Positions 59,301 through 64,000 of a stretch of 64,000 bases of DNA are shown piece after piece. Numbering within the stretch: position 1 is the stretch's first letter; the number at the start of each line of letters is the position of its first letter. Made by a program: the position numbers and the translations under genes. The stretch covers positions 480,001 to 544,000 of the forward strand of contig CM000155.2 of the NCBI GenBank assembly GCA_000004695.1. The letters are read 5' to 3'. Source of the DNA: Dictyostelium discoideum. Taxonomy: Eukaryota. The notes below the pieces were generated by a model that saw only the letters and a program-made list of their open reading frames with translations, was not told the origin of the DNA and did not search any database.

Positions 59301-62300
59301 ATTCATACAACATCTATCTTTTCTAATTTCAGTATCTTGGAAAGACCACCATTGATCAAAAACACCAAAAATACCATCACCTACAATTGATTTATAAATT
59401 GGTTCAATGAATAATAAATGACCATTTGGTACTAATAATTGATAAATTTGTTCAACACCATATTTAACATCTTTAATGACATGTAATACATTAAACATAA
59501 TTATATAATCAAAGTATTGTGGTTTCAATCCTTGTTTTTCACCAATCAATGGTTGTTCTAAATTTAATGCTTTATAAATTATATTAACTCTATCATTAAA
59601 CTTTTCAAATTTAGCTTTTGCTTCGGTAATAAAAGATGGTGATATATCTGACCATGTATATTCAATATCAATTTGATAATTTGGATATTGAATTAATAAT
59701 GAATTGATTTTTTCAAGTACTAATAATGATAATGATCCAACACCACCTCCAAATTCTAATATTCTAAATACTAATTTTTCATTTAATATTGGTTTGATGG
59801 ATTCTTGAATGATTTCACCCACCAATTCATTTTGAGCAGAAAAACCACTTGAATAGAATTTATCTAATAAACCGCCTTCGAATAATGATTGTGGTGAATC
59901 TTCATCATTATCATTTTCTAATGGGAATAATAACTTTGAAATTATCTTTGTTGACTTTGAGAATATCTTAAAATTATGAGGACTTAAAACATTTTCAAAA
60001 TCATAATCTTCATTATGGTACCATTGTTTTATTGATTCAAATGCAAATGTAAATAATCTTGAAAGCCATTTATTATCATTATCTTCTTTAATTTTATAAT
60101 ATTTTAATAATAATTGTTCAATTTCACTTGATTGAATTTCAGCAATTGTAATTTCTGGACATCTTTTATTGATATTTGAAAATAATAATTTTGGAATAAA
60201 TGATTCATAAATTTTAATTTGGTCAACATATTCATCAGTTATTTTTCTTTTGAAAATATGATCAAATGATGATAGTGATGGAATTAATGAATCTTTTGAT
60301 TGAAGATAGCATGAATAAATTTCATTTGTTGGATATTCCATTGCCAATGAATCTTTAATTTTTGTAGTTGATTTAAATGATGCGTTTTCCATTTCAAATA
60401 AAACAGTACCATTTTCTAACATTACAATAATTGATGCAGAATATGAATCACCAATTCTTGGTTTTAATTTTGAATAAACATATATTTTAGAATGTTGACT
60501 TGTGGTTGTTGGAACTTTTGATGAATAATAGGTTAATCCTTCAAGTTTTTCAAATACCAATTGACAATTCTCATCAATTAAACCAATTGAACCATGTAAA
60601 CAACAATCAATAATTGATGAATCAAAAAAGGTTGATCTATTTTCATTAACACCTTGGCTTAGTGATAATTCAGATAATGAACAATTATTTCCAAAATAAC
60701 ATTTCTCAACTCTTTGGAAATCACCAGAATAATTTAAACCACATTTTGTTTTAATATGAGAATATAATTCTTGTTTTGATAATTTTGTAAGGTTACATTG
60801 ATTTGAAATTAAATCATTTATATTATATTTAAATAGTGATTCTTCATCATCTTCATTTAAACCTTGGCCTCTTGAAAATAATTGGAAATTTGCAGTTGAT
60901 GTTTGTACCCAATCGCTTGATGATTTTTCATCTTTAAAATGGAATAATGCTTTATATTCTTTTTTACCAGTTGAATGAATGTTGGTTTGTAAACATTGAT
61001 TGACACCATCCATAAAAATCAATGGAGTTTTAAATTCAATAAAACTAATTAATATATCTGGTAACTCTTTATTTGGGTTTGTTGTTGATTCACTATTATC
61101 ACCAAATATTTTTAAAATATTATCAATGTAACCACAACCTGGGAAATAATACTTTCCTTTAATTTGATGTCCTTTTAACCATTGGAATGGTTTCTTTTGA
61201 ATATCAATATGAGTTTGATATGATTTAATATATGGTGTATGATTTGAATTTGAAATACCAAGATGATTGATTGATGGACCATTTGAAAGATGATGTTGAT
61301 AGAGACTATCAAGTTTCCAATATTCTTGTTCTTCCCATTGATATAATGGTAAACTTAATGAAGTTTGAATATTATCATTTTCATTTAGGTTAGATAATTG
61401 AATATTAAATCCGATACCATTATAACCCAAACAATATAATTCTGAAATTAATTTTTGAATTTCAAATAAATCATTTGATTTCTTTTTTGAAAGTGGTGAA
61501 AAGATTGAAACTGATTGTTTTTTATCCTCTGGTACCATTTGTTTTAAATAAAATGATAAAGTTGGATGTGGTGCAATTTCAATAAATATAATTTCATTAC
61601 TATTATTATTAACTGAATAATTTAATTCAATATGTTTATAAATATTTGAAATTGTATTTGTAAATCTTACAGGATTAATGATATTATCATAAACATATTT
61701 GGTATCAAATGGATTCATTTCATCATATAAATTTGTTGTAACTGTTGAGAAAATTGGATAGGTTGATTGTTTTGATTTGAATGAAATTTTTAAAATTTCA
61801 TCTTTTACGGGTATTTGACTTGAGGTATGGAATGAAGTAGGAGAACCTAATATTGTACAAAATACACCATCTTGTTTTAATTCTTTAATAATTTCATTCA
61901 AGATTAATTCTTTACCAGCAATAACAATTGATGATGGTGAATTGTAACATGCAATTTCTAATTCTGGATATCTTGAAGAGTATTTTGAATTATATTCATT
62001 CTCGCCAATTGAAATTGATAACATTCTACCGAGACCATTTGTTTTTGATTGTACCATTGATCTGTGATAAATTAAATAACAAAAAGTATCTAAATCAATC
62101 ATACCAGAACAATATGATGATGAAATTTCACCTAAACTATGACCGACGATAATTGATGGTTTAATACCCCAATGACAGTATAATTCAAATAATGAAATTT
62201 GTACCATACAAGTTGATGGTTGTGCAATTATTGAATATTGAATACCTTTTAAATCATTTTCATTAAATGATCTTAATTTTTCTAAAATTGAAAATCCATA

Positions 62301-64000
62301 ATATTCACTTAATTTTGAATCAATTTTGTCCATTGATTTTTTGAAAATTGGTTCATTATCATATAAATTCTTTGCCATTGTTGAATATTGAGCTCCTTGA
62401 CCACAGAATACAAATACCATTGTTGCATTCTTTTTATTTGATGATACTAACATATTTGATGTTAATTTATCATTTGATGTATTGATAGTGTTTGATTTTA
62501 AATTAAATTCATCCCAATTACTTGCAATGGCAACTGAACGTTGAATTAATTTTTTAGATTTTGATTTTATTTGATTTTCTGCAAATTCTTTAAATTCAAC
62601 ATTATTATCAATTCTTGATTTATATAAATCTAATGATTTAATTGAATTTGTTGAAAATGGGATTAAATATTGTTTTGGTGATTTTGATTTATTATTATTA
62701 TTATTAGTTTGATTTCCTTTGAAACTTGATACAATTAAACAACAATTTGAACCAGTAACACCGAAATTATTAATGGCAATTGAAATTGGTTTATTTGATA
62801 ATTTTAAAGTAGAAAAATCTATTGGGTCTGTCACAACCTTTAAATTCCATTGATTAAATTTAATATTTGGATTTGGTTTATTATAATTTATATTTGGAAC
62901 AAAACATTGATTTTTTAAAATTAAACAACATTTAATTAATGATGATATACCGGATGCACATTCGCTATGGCCAATATTTGGTTTAAATGAACCAATTAAT
63001 AATGGATTATTGGATGAACGATTTTCACTGGTTTTCAAAGCTATTGAAACACTTTCCAATTCAATTGGATCACCAGTTGGTGTACCAGTGCCATGAGCTT
63101 CAAAATAAACGATATCATTTTCATTGACTCCCCCATTTGTAGATTCCAATGCCAAACGAATACATTCAACTTGTGATGATTTTGAAGGTGAATAAAAATT
63201 TGATTTATCTGAAAATCCATTACCATCGACATTTGATGCTGAACCATCAATTACACAATAAATATTGTTACCATCTTTGATTGCATCATTTAAATTCTTC
63301 AAAATTGCAATACCTGCAGACTCTGATCTAACATAACCATCTGCATCAGCATCAAATGTTTTACATTTTCCATCTTTACCTAACATATTTAATTGTGAAT
63401 ATGATTTTGATGTGTTTGGATCTTTAGAAAAAAAAATATTAATAAACATATTTTTAAATAAAAATTTAATAATAAAAATTATAAATTTTTAAATACATAC
63501 CTAATAAAATATTAATACCACCAACAACAGAAATATTACTTGAACCATCAATAATTGATTTATAACCTCTTCTGATTGCATTTGATGATGATGAACATGC
63601 AGTATCAATTGTCATTGATTCACCATGTAAATCAAAACAATAAGAGATACGATTTGATACAGAATGAGAAGATGAAGCGAAAATGTTTTGTTGAATTTTA
63701 TTATTATTTTTATTTAAATTTTGATAATCAAAATTACTGCAACCAAGGAAAACCGAAGTATTGGAATCACGAATTTCAATTGGATCAATTCCAGAGTCTT
63801 CTAATGCTTCCCAAGTACATTTTAATAAAATTCTTTGTTGTGGGCACATGTGAATAACTTCCGATGGATTAATTCCAAAAAATAATGGATCAAATGATTT
63901 CAATTCTTCAAATGGTATTAATCCAGCATATTTTGTTGGAATATCACCTGTTTTATAAAAACTTTCATTCCATCTATCATTTTTAACAATTCCATCATAC
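56394..64000 (-). CDS. highly reducing iterative type I polyketide synthase, C-terminal ~2500 aa (KS-AT-DH-cMT-ER-KR-ACP); the 5' end lies beyond the window
   Basis: The upstream exon 63501..64000 is open to the window edge (...[38 protein letters not shown]...[17 protein letters not shown]...GGINILLG). Donor GTATGT, intron 63422..63500 (79 nt), acceptor tttttctaaag. Exon 56394..63421 contains the rest of KS ([34 protein letters not shown]...[12 protein letters not shown]), AT ([12 protein letters not shown]), DH ([13 protein letters not shown]), a C-methyltransferase ([19 protein letters not shown]), ER ([22 protein letters not shown]), KR ([18 protein letters not shown]) and ACP ([16 protein letters not shown]), ending ...DKKNKK*. 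No C-terminal chalcone-synthase domain, so it is not a steely-type hybrid. Confidence 0.9.

Overview
This window is eukaryotic nuclear DNA with the character of a social amoeba (Dictyostelium-type) genome. It is about 75-78% A+T, with long homopolymer A/T tracts between genes. Coding (AAT)n and (CAA)n repeats give poly-Asn and poly-Gln tracts. Introns are short and AT-rich (GTAAGT/GTATGT ... AG), several directly after the ATG or in phase 1 or 2. It is not a prokaryotic locus: I found no CRISPR arrays, operons or rRNA, and no tRNA gene by eye. From the ORF track, manual splicing and motif recognition (no database searches were run), the window holds the following. Conserved genes: the 5' part of an alpha-galactosidase (GH27), ribosomal protein S14, a Mod5-type tRNA isopentenyltransferase, a myristoylated LRR protein, a cyclin-D1-binding-protein-1-like gene, a ~1700-aa gelsolin-repeat protein, a 4-exon oxysterol-binding protein, PRMT1 (carrying an apparent 1-nt insertion), an OPT-family oligopeptide transporter, a hexapeptide-repeat O-acetyltransferase, and the 3' ~7.6 kb of a highly reducing type I polyketide synthase (KS-AT-DH-cMT-ER-KR-ACP) that runs off the window end. 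Family clusters: (a) a tandem array at 43.7-55.5 kb of at least 5 paralogues of an F-box-like / RNI-type LRR protein, 2 intact and the rest truncated or decayed, with older fragments at 31.2-32.3 kb; (b) a three-member cluster at 29.2-38.1 kb of hypothetical proteins sharing a ~90-aa module, one member a pseudogene. Also present: segmental and tandem duplications, a frameshifted SABATH-type methyltransferase, a frameshifted beta-helix surface-protein gene, and two patches of GC-rich codon usage that are very atypical for this genome.
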